Part shown: piece after piece, positions 32,015 to 41,449 of the stretch
Position numbering within the stretch: position 1 is the first letter of the stretch
How the letters are laid out: the number at the start of each line of letters is the position of its first letter
DNA from: Candidatus Latescibacterota bacterium
GTDB taxonomy: Bacteria > Latescibacterota > UBA2968 > GCA-2709665
Length of the DNA stretch: 64,000 nt
Assembly: GCA_965226795.1 (NCBI GenBank)
Contig: CBDDDZ010000005.1
Coordinates: 64,001-128,000, forward strand
Direction of reading: 5' to 3'
Translations under genes and position numbers: made by a program
The notes under the pieces: model-generated
What the model saw: only the letters and a program-made list of their open reading frames with translations
Databases searched by the model: none
What the model was told of the DNA's origin: nothing

Positions 32015-32235
32015 TCATGGGGTTTCCACTACACAGTACGCCAAAATATCGAAATCTGCTAGCGGCCACCAAGTGTGATGTGAGCGCTGACCTGTCTGTT
32101 GAATGGAGCCCGCACCCTTTTCGAGCACTACTCGGCAAATTAGACGCCCGCGTAGTCTCGGGAGCTTCAATGCCTTTTGGGAATCGCCTCGTTCAGCAAA
32201 AACAGATAGTCCCCTGGCTTGGCACTCGGAGATCG
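32015..32235 (-). pseudogene. 5'-truncated small gene coupled to the DUF6575-like gene
   Basis: ISECQARGLSVF...SHHTWWP...VETP*; its TGA overlaps the ATG at 32018 (ATGA); no credible start of its own. Confidence 0.6.
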
Positions 32236-32301
32236 GTCGCCAATGTCTCGATACCGAAAGTAGAAATAAAAACAGTCTGTTATGCTGAAAATACAGGTTG
32301 T

Positions 32302-34257
32302 TCAGGTTAGGCGATTCAGAAGAATAGGGAAGTCTCTCTGAAGTTTCGACGATAGCTGATGCTTTGGGAATCGTCGTATCGCTTCCTTCCAGGTTGCTAT
32401 TGCGTCTGCCTTGTTTTGAGAATTCCAATAGACGCCTCCCAGATTGAACCACGCTAAATCGTATTTCTGATCCAGTTGCAGGGCACGCTTGTAAGCATTG
32501 ATACATCCTGCAATATCGCCAGTTCCTTTCCTTGCGACGGCAACCTGGAACCAACTCTTCGCGTCCGGTTGATGTTCTTTCGCTTGCGGTATAAGTATAG
32601 GCAACGCCTCTTCATAACTGCCAAGGAAATTCAATGCAGTTCCAAGACAATACCCGTATTCGTCGGGTGACAGGTCATAAGCTTTGCGAAAGCATTTCTC
32701 AGCCTCTGACCAATCCTTTTCGTCTTGAGCCCAGTGGCCGGCTCGATCCCACAAAAACGCTGGGTTCGGTACGCCACAGGCCACAACATCCGCAACGGTC
32801 TGTTTAAACCCATCATAGTTACATTCCGTCCGACCGTCATTAGCGTGAATAAAATAGATGCAAAGTAGCCTCTCCCTTTGAGCGAGCACGTCATCGGCGA
32901 ATCTTCTCAAGTATATGTCCCAAAATTGGACTGAGTCTTGTGCTGCGTCGATAGACGTTCTGCCGTATGTCGCGACCAGTCTTGCACACCACGGCGATAC
33001 CCAATCCAGCCCACCTCCACCGCTCAATAGCGCGCGAATATCTCGAAAGGCTTCCTTGATCTTTCCCTGCTTGAATAGAATCTCCGCACGCCAACCTTGC
33101 ACCGACGGCGATGTCCCAGCAGAGTTGGCAGGCCATACGATTGCGTCCAGGTGCTCCAGGGCACGATCAAGGTCCGCATTTTTGCGATTATACAAGACGG
33201 CTAGTGCGAAATGTGCCTCAGCGAGATTGCGGTCCAACTCCAGTGCCCGGGTGTACAAAATCTGGGCTGCGTCAGGCTTGTTCAGTTTCTCCAATGCCGC
33301 ACCAAGATTCTTGCAGCATTGGGCAGAAACATTTGAGTAGACGTCGGTCTGATCCAGTAGAAGCAAAGCGGAATTATAGGCATCCCTTGCTTTTTCATAC
33401 TCGTCAATGGCGAACCAGCCATTGCCAACGCAATAAAGCAAAGACCCCGGCAAATATTTGCCGTCATTGACGGCACCGAGTATTACTTCAATTCCATCGG
33501 CAATGCGGGGCTGGTTACATTCCCTTCCGTTTATCCCTAAGTTGATTTCGGCCATGTATGCGTGCATGAGCTTCTCCTTCGAAGGACCGAGGATCGCGCG
33601 GAACTTGTCAAAGGATCGGCTTATCGTTCTGTCATGACCGCGATCATAAAGCTCGGCCAGCATTTCTTCGGCCTGTTTTTGATCAGCGGGAACGGGCAGG
33701 TCGATCTCACCCTCTTCTGGGAAGGAAGGAATGTCCACGGGCGGTTGCGTCGCAAAGTGCAACCGATGGTCTCTCGCCCCTTTCGCACAAACAACTACGA
33801 ATTCCTTCAGTGTCCGTTGAAAGTCGTGGTCAAATTCATCCTTGAATCTTACCGTGACGGTTTCTTGATTGCCCCAACACTTACCGCTGTGCTCATATTC
33901 GCGTAATACGTCATCAGCGCTTCTGACCAATATCTGCTTTGACGGTATATGGCAACACACGTATATCGAGTGCGGTTGCGTAAGCAGATAGTTCAAATTT
34001 GTTCTGTCGATCGCCACGCTTATGGAACCATCTGCGTTTTTTTCTGTCTCTGTCCCTTTCAGTTGGACATGCACTCTTACATTTGTCATGACCCCGGCGT
34101 CGAGGGCTTCAATCACATAGTCGGTACCGTAGTCTTTCTTGTCCGATTGAACGACGAACTCGCCACACCCAGATATCGCCGTTTGGAAAGCAGTTTCAGA
34201 TTGCTCCTGGATCTGGCTGTTTCTATCGCGTTTTGGAAGGTCGTCTAAATGGGACAT
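32302..34257 (-). CDS. DUF4365-like PD-(D/E)xK nuclease domain + TPR repeats
   Basis: DYGTD...VQLKGT N-terminal motif; TPR consensus (AHFALA, AWFNLGGVY, AYKRALQLD). Confidence 0.85.
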   Translation of the reverse strand: MSHLDDLPKRDRNSQIQEQSETAFQTAISGCGEFVVQSDKKDYGTDYVIEALDAGVMTNVRVHVQLKGTETEKNADGSISVAIDRTNLNYLLTQPHSIYVCCHIPSKQILVRSADDVLREYEHSGKCWGNQETVTVRFKDEFDHDFQRTLKEFVVVCAKGARDHRLHFATQPPVDIPSFPEEGEIDLPVPADQKQAEEMLAELYDRGHDRTISRSFDKFRAILGPSKEKLMHAYMAEINLGINGRECNQPRIADGIEVILGAVNDGKYLPGSLLYCVGNGWFAIDEYEKARDAYNSALLLLDQTDVYSNVSAQCCKNLGAALEKLNKPDAAQILYTRALELDRNLAEAHFALAVLYNRKNADLDRALEHLDAIVWPANSAGTSPSVQGWRAEILFKQGKIKEAFRDIRALLSGGGGLDWVSPWCARLVATYGRTSIDAAQDSVQFWDIYLRRFADDVLAQRERLLCIYFIHANDGRTECNYDGFKQTVADVVACGVPNPAFLWDRAGHWAQDEKDWSEAEKCFRKAYDLSPDEYGYCLGTALNFLGSYEEALPILIPQAKEHQPDAKSWFQVAVARKGTGDIAGCINAYKRALQLDQKYDLAWFNLGGVYWNSQNKADAIATWKEAIRRFPKHQLSSKLQRDFPILLNRLT

Positions 34258-34274
34258 TGATTTCGTACGCCGGT

Positions 34275-34520
34275 TTAGTAGGTAAATTGAGCCTTGGCAT
34301 TTGCGCCAGGAGCTTGGTTAAATGGCAACCTGTGTGAATTCTTAACGCCCTGCAGACGCTTCGTTTTTGCCCAATTCTTCGATTGGGGCTCGGGCATAAA
34401 GCTTGGAAAACGTCTCGGAAAATTCATAGGTTCACGGTCGAAACCGCTTCCCTTCACTGATACGCAACCATTTGTCAGAAGCTACGTTTCGATGCTGTTT
34501 TCGAAGGCTGCTTCGTAATG
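34275..34520 (-). pseudogene. hsdR: Decayed 5' fragment of a second hsdR
   Basis: YEAAFENSIET*LLTNGCVSVKGSGFDRE...FP...QSKNWAK...LQG aligns ungapped with [29 protein letters not shown]...FP...QPKEWAR...LHG of the intact HsdR. Confidence 0.8.
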
Positions 34521-34537
34521 TCTGTCGTCTTAGTAAG

Positions 34538-35248
34538 TTACCTGTTCCTTCGTGCGAATTCTCTTCGCTTTCGGAGTTTCGTGAGGGCTGCCATATGCTC
34601 TGTCAGAACGGCACGTATTGCAATGCAGAACTCGTAAAAATTACCATTCCCGCTACGATCGCAGATCCTGTCGCGTACACGCTGCGCTGTGGTATAAGAC
34701 AATGGTGTATCCCCTGTCGGCCCGTAGATGAACTCCTCGATAACGCGCTTTCGGTCTTCGATGAGACTCCTGTGATCCAGACCGAGGACCTTAATCGTGG
34801 TTCTCGCATCGGTTCGATTACCGATTGCCTCAATCTTACCATCAAGCCTGAAACGAAAGACTCGTTCGCAAGCAGGCTGAAGCGGAGATACGAATTCGGC
34901 ACCATCGTTATCCCACCAATAATCCTTAAGCCGTGCGCCATAGCGAGGCTGTCCTTTCACATCGTGTCGTGGGAAACACGCGAGCAAATTGGCGTATTCC
35001 AAATCAGATCCATGCAGGTCCTTCCGACAGCGACTCTGTGGCTTGATATGCTCCACATGCGATGTTTTATTGTCGATTTGACGCATCGTATAGGCACACA
35101 ACCCGCCTTGGTCTGCAATCATAGCCGCCAATATTAGTTCCTTATGGTCCGAAAACACCTCACGCCAATCAGACTTGCTCGTCCCCGCAACTTCAGCACA
35201 CCACTCGGAATAAGAGTGCGGGCATCCGGTTTTCTGGATGTACTTCAT
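34538..35248 (-). CDS. HNH nuclease-like protein (TIGR02646 / PtuB-like)
   Basis: DQGGLCAY, HVEHIKPQ, LEYANLLAC, TIKVLGLD; ATGA-coupled to the ATPase. Confidence 0.85.
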   Translation of the reverse strand: MKYIQKTGCPHSYSEWCAEVAGTSKSDWREVFSDHKELILAAMIADQGGLCAYTMRQIDNKTSHVEHIKPQSRCRKDLHGSDLEYANLLACFPRHDVKGQPRYGARLKDYWWDNDGAEFVSPLQPACERVFRFRLDGKIEAIGNRTDARTTIKVLGLDHRSLIEDRKRVIEEFIYGPTGDTPLSYTTAQRVRDRICDRSGNGNFYEFCIAIRAVLTEHMAALTKLRKRREFARRNR

Positions 35249-36498
35249 TCGGCCAAAATCTCCATTCGAGCTATGCGCGCTTCAAGAATGGACCACTCTG
35301 GTAGGTCAAGCCCGTTCTCCTTAGCCTTTGAGATCGCGGCGCGCGCTTTCTCGAAGGTTCCTTCCCCAATTAAGCTCTCAACAGATTGAATAGCTGCCAT
35401 AGCAACCTCGGGTCGGTCATCGGCCTCCATGAGGTGGCGCAGGATCCAGTTTGAATCCATCCCAAGGCTGCGGTCCGGATGGATGATTTCATTAGGAGCT
35501 AAGAGGAGGACCTGATCGGGCTGGACGGACGCCACGACCTGTGGTGAGTGAGTCGTCGCGATAAACTGGCACCTTGGAAAGGTTTTGGTCAGGTTGTGGA
35601 CGATCTGTCGCTGCCACTTCGGGTGCAGATGCAAGTCAATCTCGTCGACCAGGACGACAGCTTCGGCTTCGGAGGCCGGGTCGGTAAGATTGGGGTTGGC
35701 TTGTGCAAGTCGCCGGGTCAGGTCCAATACGATAGCGAGTATCCCGCGTTCGCCATCTGATAGCTGCCGGACAGGAATTGGCGTAGAGCTCCGATTGATC
35801 CAGAGCTGCGGGCTATCCTCACCTCCTTGCCGCAGATTCCCGTAGTCTGGAAGGAAGCGCGTCACCGCCTCCTCGCAGGCAACCAATTTATGGCCGACTG
35901 CTGGATTCTCGCTACGCATGGATTCTTGGACCTCCAGCCAGTTACCGAAATCGCCGAGCCGAAGCTCGCGCTCCAAGAAAGCATCCGCGAACGCCCTTTC
36001 CACACCTCTAGCAGTGACACCCTTTCGCGGACCCCGCTTAGACGGGATGGATCGGTTGGTCGAGAAAAGCACGGCAAGAGGTCGTCCGTCAGGCTCGTCG
36101 CTGGATACCGGTGACGGTGGATCACCGATGAATTTCGCCACCTCTGGGGTCCTGTGAACCTGTTCTCGCGGCCGTCCCGCCTTCTTTTTCTGCGGGGCAC
36201 TTGTCTCCCGCGGCTTATGGACGAGGTAGCGGTGTTCTTGTGCGCCCGTTTGGATACCGCACTCGATCGTTAGAGCGCCAGCACCGATGCGGATGTCGTC
36301 GCCCAAGAACGTTTTAACTTGGGTTCGCAGTTTGTTCGCCCTCTTCACTACGACCGAAAGGCAAACGCTCAGCGCATCAAGAACGCTCGTCTTCCCGACT
36401 CCATTGACGCCGACGATGAGGTTGAAGCCAGGCTGGAAGCGGAGCTCGGCTGCCTTGATGGCACGGAGGTCAACCAGCCTTAGATCTGTGACGATCAT
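35245..36498 (-). CDS. ABC-type AAA ATPase (PtuA-like)
   Basis: GVNGVGKTS, QLSDGE, VLVDEIDLHLHPKWQ, FIATTHSP. Confidence 0.92.
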   Translation of the reverse strand: MIVTDLRLVDLRAIKAAELRFQPGFNLIVGVNGVGKTSVLDALSVCLSVVVKRANKLRTQVKTFLGDDIRIGAGALTIECGIQTGAQEHRYLVHKPRETSAPQKKKAGRPREQVHRTPEVAKFIGDPPSPVSSDEPDGRPLAVLFSTNRSIPSKRGPRKGVTARGVERAFADAFLERELRLGDFGNWLEVQESMRSENPAVGHKLVACEEAVTRFLPDYGNLRQGGEDSPQLWINRSSTPIPVRQLSDGERGILAIVLDLTRRLAQANPNLTDPASEAEAVVLVDEIDLHLHPKWQRQIVHNLTKTFPRCQFIATTHSPQVVASVQPDQVLLLAPNEIIHPDRSLGMDSNWILRHLMEADDRPEVAMAAIQSVESLIGEGTFEKARAAISKAKENGLDLPEWSILEARIARMEILAE

Positions 36499-37778
36499 GG
36501 TCTGGTCCTTACGCCAATCTGTCCGGTCACGGCCGCAGCGATGAGAGCGGAGCGGCGCTCTTTGACTAGAGCAATCGCGTGTTCGGTGGCTCTGCGGACA
36601 CCTTCGATTTTGGCGGTACAGCCTGTAATGTGTTTAATGATGTGTTCCTGTTCCTGATGAGGCGGCTTTAAAACTGGCATCTCCCGCAGGTTAGATGCCG
36701 AAATGGACGCCAAGTTTGTAGACTGCTTAGCGCGGCTTTCGAAGTAGGCTTTAGCAATGTCACTGGATGCCCACAGGTTAAGCCAGTCAGAAGAAATCTG
36801 GCTCGGACGAACTGCGAATACGTGATTCTGATGTAAGCAAGGGTTGATCTCGCCAGTCCAGACTGCCCCGCGACCAAGCTTGTCCGCATCGCCACCTTCG
36901 TTCATCAAGACATCCCCGGCTTGAAGGTAGAAACGAGCAGCCGCTTCGTCCGGCACCGCAATTGATTTCACCTCGGCAAGATCCAAGTAACCGTCTTGGA
37001 CATTCACCACCCGTAGATAGGGATAATTCGTCATTGGCTTAGTTGCAAAGCTTCTGCCCAGTGCAATTCCCGTCTGTACCTTTGCGATGAATGCGACGCG
37101 AGTTACGTTCCAATGAGCGGGAATTTCCCCGAGCCACGGGATACCCGAATCGTGGAGCGGGGCGCTGAGGTCGAGTCCGCGTGTGACGCCGTGCGTGATT
37201 AGCGCCCGGCGCTTCTCGGTCAGCAGCCTAAGTACCTGCTCCCCCTCCGCCACCAGGGCATCAAGCCGCGCGGTTTCGCGGTGGAGGTAGTCGGCGATGG
37301 CACGCTGCTTGCGCCGCTCTGGAATTGGAACGGACATATTACCGATGAAGTCCCAATCAGCCCGTGGCATCTTTGAGCCAAACGTCGAAGCGGCTACCGC
37401 ATCCACGAAGCTATACCAAAGAAAAATGTACCGAAGAAAGTGCGGCTCCATGTCCAATGGCTTCATGACAAGGAACTCAGTCGTAGACCGGCCCGAAAAC
37501 TCCGCTACCCAGGCCTTTGCTAGATATGGACGTAGCTTTCCGAAGAGCACATCACCGGGCTCAAAAGTATTGCTTAGCGATGTGCCTTCCGCGATATTGG
37601 CTGAAGGACCCTCGTCTGCCGCTGCCCGGTTGCCAAGAAGTTTCCCAGTCCACGACTCGATATTATCTAGCCCTATATACGGCCTATTGTCCTCACTTCC
37701 ATCAACTCGTGACCGGCGTAGTGAAACAACATGTTTTAAGCGCTTGGTCGGAAACGAGGATGCTGCCTGCTTGGTCAC
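36495..37778 (-). CDS. hsdS: Type I R-M specificity subunit
   Basis: Two TRDs separated by QRAIADYL...DSGIPWLGEIPAHW; C-terminal ERRSALIAAAVTG. Confidence 0.95.
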   Translation of the reverse strand: MTKQAASSFPTKRLKHVVSLRRSRVDGSEDNRPYIGLDNIESWTGKLLGNRAAADEGPSANIAEGTSLSNTFEPGDVLFGKLRPYLAKAWVAEFSGRSTTEFLVMKPLDMEPHFLRYIFLWYSFVDAVAASTFGSKMPRADWDFIGNMSVPIPERRKQRAIADYLHRETARLDALVAEGEQVLRLLTEKRRALITHGVTRGLDLSAPLHDSGIPWLGEIPAHWNVTRVAFIAKVQTGIALGRSFATKPMTNYPYLRVVNVQDGYLDLAEVKSIAVPDEAAARFYLQAGDVLMNEGGDADKLGRGAVWTGEINPCLHQNHVFAVRPSQISSDWLNLWASSDIAKAYFESRAKQSTNLASISASNLREMPVLKPPHQEQEHIIKHITGCTAKIEGVRRATEHAIALVKERRSALIAAAVTGQIGVRTRP

Positions 37779-39764
37779 TCAGTCACCTCCCGCAACAACC
37801 GCACGACTTCCTCCTCCGCCTTCTTCAGATCCGCGTCGATCTCTTCCAGAGGGCGTGGTGGGTTGTACTTGTAGAAGTGACGGTTAAAGTTGATCTCGAA
37901 ACCGACTTTGTCTTTGGTCCTGTCCATCCAGGCTTCGGTTACATGGGGGCGAACTTCGCGTTCGAAGTGGACGTCGATGTCCTCGGCAAGCGGGACATTC
38001 TCGTAATCGCGCAGTTCTGTGTCGGGCTCGAAGCCTCTCTCGTGGCTATCCTTGCAGACCGGCTCGGCCTGTGGATCCTTCTCGGTGAAGACATCCCGGA
38101 AGAGCCTCTGTTCTACCTTCTTCCAGCGCGATTGGCGCTCACGCAGGAGAGCGGCAATGCTCTCCCATGTCGCATTCCAGTCGTAGCTCGGCTCGCGTCC
38201 CAACGTCTTGTCGAAGGCCTGCACGTCGTCGAGCAGGTACGGGCAGGCCTCGAGAAAGCGGGACTTGTCTTCTATGGTCATCTGGTAGCGCAAGCGAAGG
38301 GGGCGCTCTACGGTTAGGCGTGTGTAGCCGAAGTCAGCGTTGTCGAAGAGCTTGGAGCGCTCGCCATCCTTGAAGCGGCCGTACAGCCGCACGATCTCCT
38401 CAATGTGTTCTGCGGCGAGGTGGCGCCGCTTGTCGCCAAGGCTGCGCCTATTGTCTTCGCTACCGCCGGCCGTCCACATCTCACGCGAGTCAAGAAGCTG
38501 AATCTTTCCTTTTCGACGGTCCTCCTTACGATTTGTAACGATCCAGATGTAGGTGCCGATGCCGGTGTTGTAAAACAACTGCTCGGGCAGAGCGATGATG
38601 GCTTCAAGCCAATCGTTTTCGATGATCCACTTCCGAATGTCGCTCTCACCAGAGCCAGCGCCGCCCGTAAAAAGCGGGGAACCACTGAACACGATAGCCA
38701 GGCGCGAGCCGTGCTGGTGTTTTTCCGGCCGTACGGGTTCGAACTTGTGGAGCATGTGCTGCAGGAACAGCATAGATCCGTCGTTTACCCGTGGCAGTCC
38801 TGCGCCGAAACGGCCCGCAGATCCAAGCTTTTCGTGCTCATTCGTATGTCGTTTCGTTGTTTTTTCCAGTCCACTCCGAAGGGGGGATTGGTAAGAAAGT
38901 AGTCAAACGTCTCTCCCTCGAATTGGTCCTCCGTAAAGCTGTCGCCGAAGCGGACATTATCGCCGCCACCGTTGTGGTCGACCTGCTTCATTAGCATGTC
39001 TGAGGCGGCGGTGGCAAAGGCGCGCTGATTGTAATCCTGTCCGTAAACGAAAAGCCGTGCAGCATTGTGGTGCTCTCGCAGGTAGTTCTGCGCTTCGGCC
39101 AACATTCCACCGGTTCCGCAGGCGGGGTCTAGGAGCTTGCGCACTGCACCGGGTGTAGCGAGAAGCTTATCGTCGTTTATGAACAAAGATGTTCACCATC
39201 AGCCGGATGACGTCCCGTGGCGTGAAGTGATCGCCCGCCGTCTCGTTTGCCAGTTCATTGAAGCGACGGATCAGATTCTCGAAGAGGAGCCCCATCTGCT
39301 CGTTTGGAACCCGGTCGGGATGGAGGTCCACGTCGCAGAACTTCGAGACAACGAGATAGAGAATGTTGGCTTCCTGCATCTTCTCGATTTCCGTCTCGAA
39401 CTCGAAGTACTCGAATATGTCGCGCACGTTTTTTGAGAAACCTTGGATGTAGCTGACAAGGTGTTGGGCGATGTGGTCTGGGATCGCCCTTGAGCTTCTC
39501 GAAGTCGAGCGGTGAGTGGTTGTGGAAGCGCTGCCTCGGCGGCGCTGTTCAACCTGGTCTCGAGCGCACGACCTTCAAACTTGCTGCGCAGGAGCGATCG
39601 TGCTCAGCGAGTACATTGGACTTGGTAGGAGCGAGCACGCAGTCGAATCGCCTAAGCACGGTCATGGGCAACATAACGCGCTCGTACTGTGGAGGCCGGT
39701 ATGGCCCACGTAGAAGATCGGCGATCTGCCAGATCAGATTCGCGAAGTAGCTGTGGTCAGGCAT
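37775..39764 (-). pseudogene. hsdM: Type I R-M methyltransferase with about five frameshifts
   Basis: IWQIADLLRG, DHFTPR, DPACGTGGML, NPPFG, FYNTGI found in successive frames; shifts near 39592, 39535, 39481, 39185, 38841. Confidence 0.9.
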
Positions 39765-39817
39765 GGGTATAATCGACGAAAGCTTGGGTTGGGATCCTGG
39801 CTATGGCAAAGAGATGC

Positions 39818-40102
39818 TCACAGAAGGTCATGCTCAACGAGGAATTTCCGGCCACGGTCGGCAATTGCATACTTGGGCTCTTCGCCAATCGCTAGGGAAT
39901 CGTACGCGTACTCACCCTTGACGAGGTGAGTCAGATAGTGCTTTACGCGGGTAACGTTCTCGCCCATTGAATGAGCCAGTGTTTCAGCCGTTACTTCGTT
40001 TCCTTCAAATAATGCCAGTGCCTTTATGATGTTGACTTGGGCAGAGTTAAGCTCTTTGTCAACGGTTGGTCTTTTTTCGGACAGAATATTCCCGTTGATA
40101 GA
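39818..40102 (-). other. 94-codon in-frame extension after the TAG of the DUF4062-like gene (winged-helix-like)
   Basis: SINGNILSEKRPTVDKELNSAQVNIIKALA...TAETLAHSMGENVTRVKHYLTHLVKGEY...YAIADRGRKFLVEHDLL*. Confidence 0.65.
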
Positions 40103-41281
40103 CTATGCAAATGTAGTTTCCGCTTCTTGCAGCATCACCTGTCCACCGCGAAGATCGTCGATCAGTCTTTGGAGAACGTTGACCATTGCCCGCCTGGAAC
40201 GGTTCAGAACTGTCGTCATTCGCGGCAGGGAGGCAACTGTCTGCCGGAAGTATTCGAGCTGGTTTTCTGTGTCGTTCATCGTCTCCGAAAGCATTCGGAC
40301 CGTTGCCAACGTTTCCTTTGTCTGTTCCAGATCATCTCCATTGAAACTGTAATCGATGGACAATGCGGCAGCCTGCGTCAGGGCACGAAGGCCTGCGTCC
40401 AGTTGTTGGCTAAACAAGGGAAATTCTGACTCGATTCGATGTACATATTGATCCATATCTCCGGCAGCTTTAGCAATAAGCCGCTTTCCGGCCCTATGAT
40501 TGTTTGCGTCGGAACCTGATGCAAATTTCGACATCTCATCAGCCCTGGCGTTAATCTTGTCGCCGATTTCTGCTGTTGCACTCGCAATTCGTTCGGTGAT
40601 CTCCTGCACGGTCGAAAAACTATCTTCGAACTGCTCGACTAAATCTAGAAGTCCGACTTCGTCATTCTCGGGCTGATCTATAGCCTGCTCGGTGGTCGTA
40701 ATTTCCTCCGCTGATGCGGCGAGCGGTTCCGTAATGTCGTTCTTTGCTTGCCACGCTTGGATATACTTCGTTAGGTGAATCCGAACGAGTTTCTCGAAGT
40801 CATCGGATGTCTGGAACGTCCAATAGAGCCCACCTTCGTTGCCGAGGCTTGATCGAAGCCTAGAGACTTTCCCCAACTGATCTGCATCAAGCTGTGTCGG
40901 GGAAACCGGAGCGGGTGAGTCCTTGAAGTAAATCATTATTTGTAAAGAATCCGGATCGGCATCGAAGCGATCTTTCGCACGTCGAAATTCCTCAACCGTT
41001 CCAGACTCTTCGCGGATGGTTGGTGTGCCAAATCTGTACCACATTATCCCGATGAAGAGATCAAAATCCTCTGGGATTTGCGCGTTTATTACCGATTGAG
41101 GATCCTCTCCAAAGCTCGGATATGCGTCAGTCTCCCACCTGATCAACTCCAAGCGAATTCTAATTTGACGCGACCAGAGTTTGTTAAGCTCACGAATCAC
41201 ATCTTCCAGACGATTTCTCTCTTCATCGACATCGTTAGGAGATGCGACAAATACGCTCAGGATGGTTTCCTGCCGTGGCAT
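40103..41281 (-). CDS. DUF4062-like (TIR/NDT-like fold) domain + helical coiled-coil protein
   Basis: VFVASPNDVDEER, RWE, FIGIMWYRFGTP, SGTVEEF, IMIYFK. Confidence 0.8.
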   Translation of the reverse strand: MPRQETILSVFVASPNDVDEERNRLEDVIRELNKLWSRQIRIRLELIRWETDAYPSFGEDPQSVINAQIPEDFDLFIGIMWYRFGTPTIREESGTVEEFRRAKDRFDADPDSLQIMIYFKDSPAPVSPTQLDADQLGKVSRLRSSLGNEGGLYWTFQTSDDFEKLVRIHLTKYIQAWQAKNDITEPLAASAEEITTTEQAIDQPENDEVGLLDLVEQFEDSFSTVQEITERIASATAEIGDKINARADEMSKFASGSDANNHRAGKRLIAKAAGDMDQYVHRIESEFPLFSQQLDAGLRALTQAAALSIDYSFNGDDLEQTKETLATVRMLSETMNDTENQLEYFRQTVASLPRMTTVLNRSRRAMVNVLQRLIDDLRGGQVMLQEAETTFA

Positions 41282-41337
41282 CTTAACCTTTTCCGCGTAT
41301 TCCGCGCGGCCGCTGCAACTACGTTGAATTTAGTCAC

Positions 41338-41439
41338 TTAACTACACTGACCGGCGAGCCCTGTTACCGAGCCATGTCCTGCCTTGCGAAACGCTTCCGC
41401 CAGTTCAACTGGCAGATTCTCGTCCAGCTTGAACCGCAT
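41338..41439 (-). pseudogene. Truncated DUF5615 (PIN-like) toxin
   Basis: MRFKLDENLP...FRKAGH then stop after 33 aa; follows DUF433 gene. Confidence 0.8.
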
Positions 41440-41449
41440 GCCTGGTTCC

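Larger units (their letters stand above)
29725..32018 (-). pseudogene. DUF6575-like gene split by IS630
   Basis: N-part LFYYDGPQVF (32018-31755) and C-part (30594-29725) rejoin in frame (DHPL|VLNNLS) when the IS and one TA are removed, giving 377 aa. Confidence 0.85.

Noticed and set aside
32240..32312. Integron attC site after the TPR gene (GCCTAAC / GCATAAC on the minus strand)
   Set aside because: No complementary GTTRRRY end or hairpin follows, and there is no integron integrase.
34275..36498. Retron (ATPase-HNH type)
   Set aside because: No reverse transcriptase in the window; the adjacent non-coding-looking gap is an hsdR relic, not msr-msd.
38800..39620. Phase variation or programmed frameshifting of hsdM
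   Set aside because: Five separate indels and no long simple-sequence repeat; not a single reversible switch.
40103..40105. Pyrrolysine or alternative genetic code at the in-frame TAG
   Set aside because: Other genes end normally at TAG (e.g. sulfatase, carA, RecQ fusion) and no pyl genes are visible.
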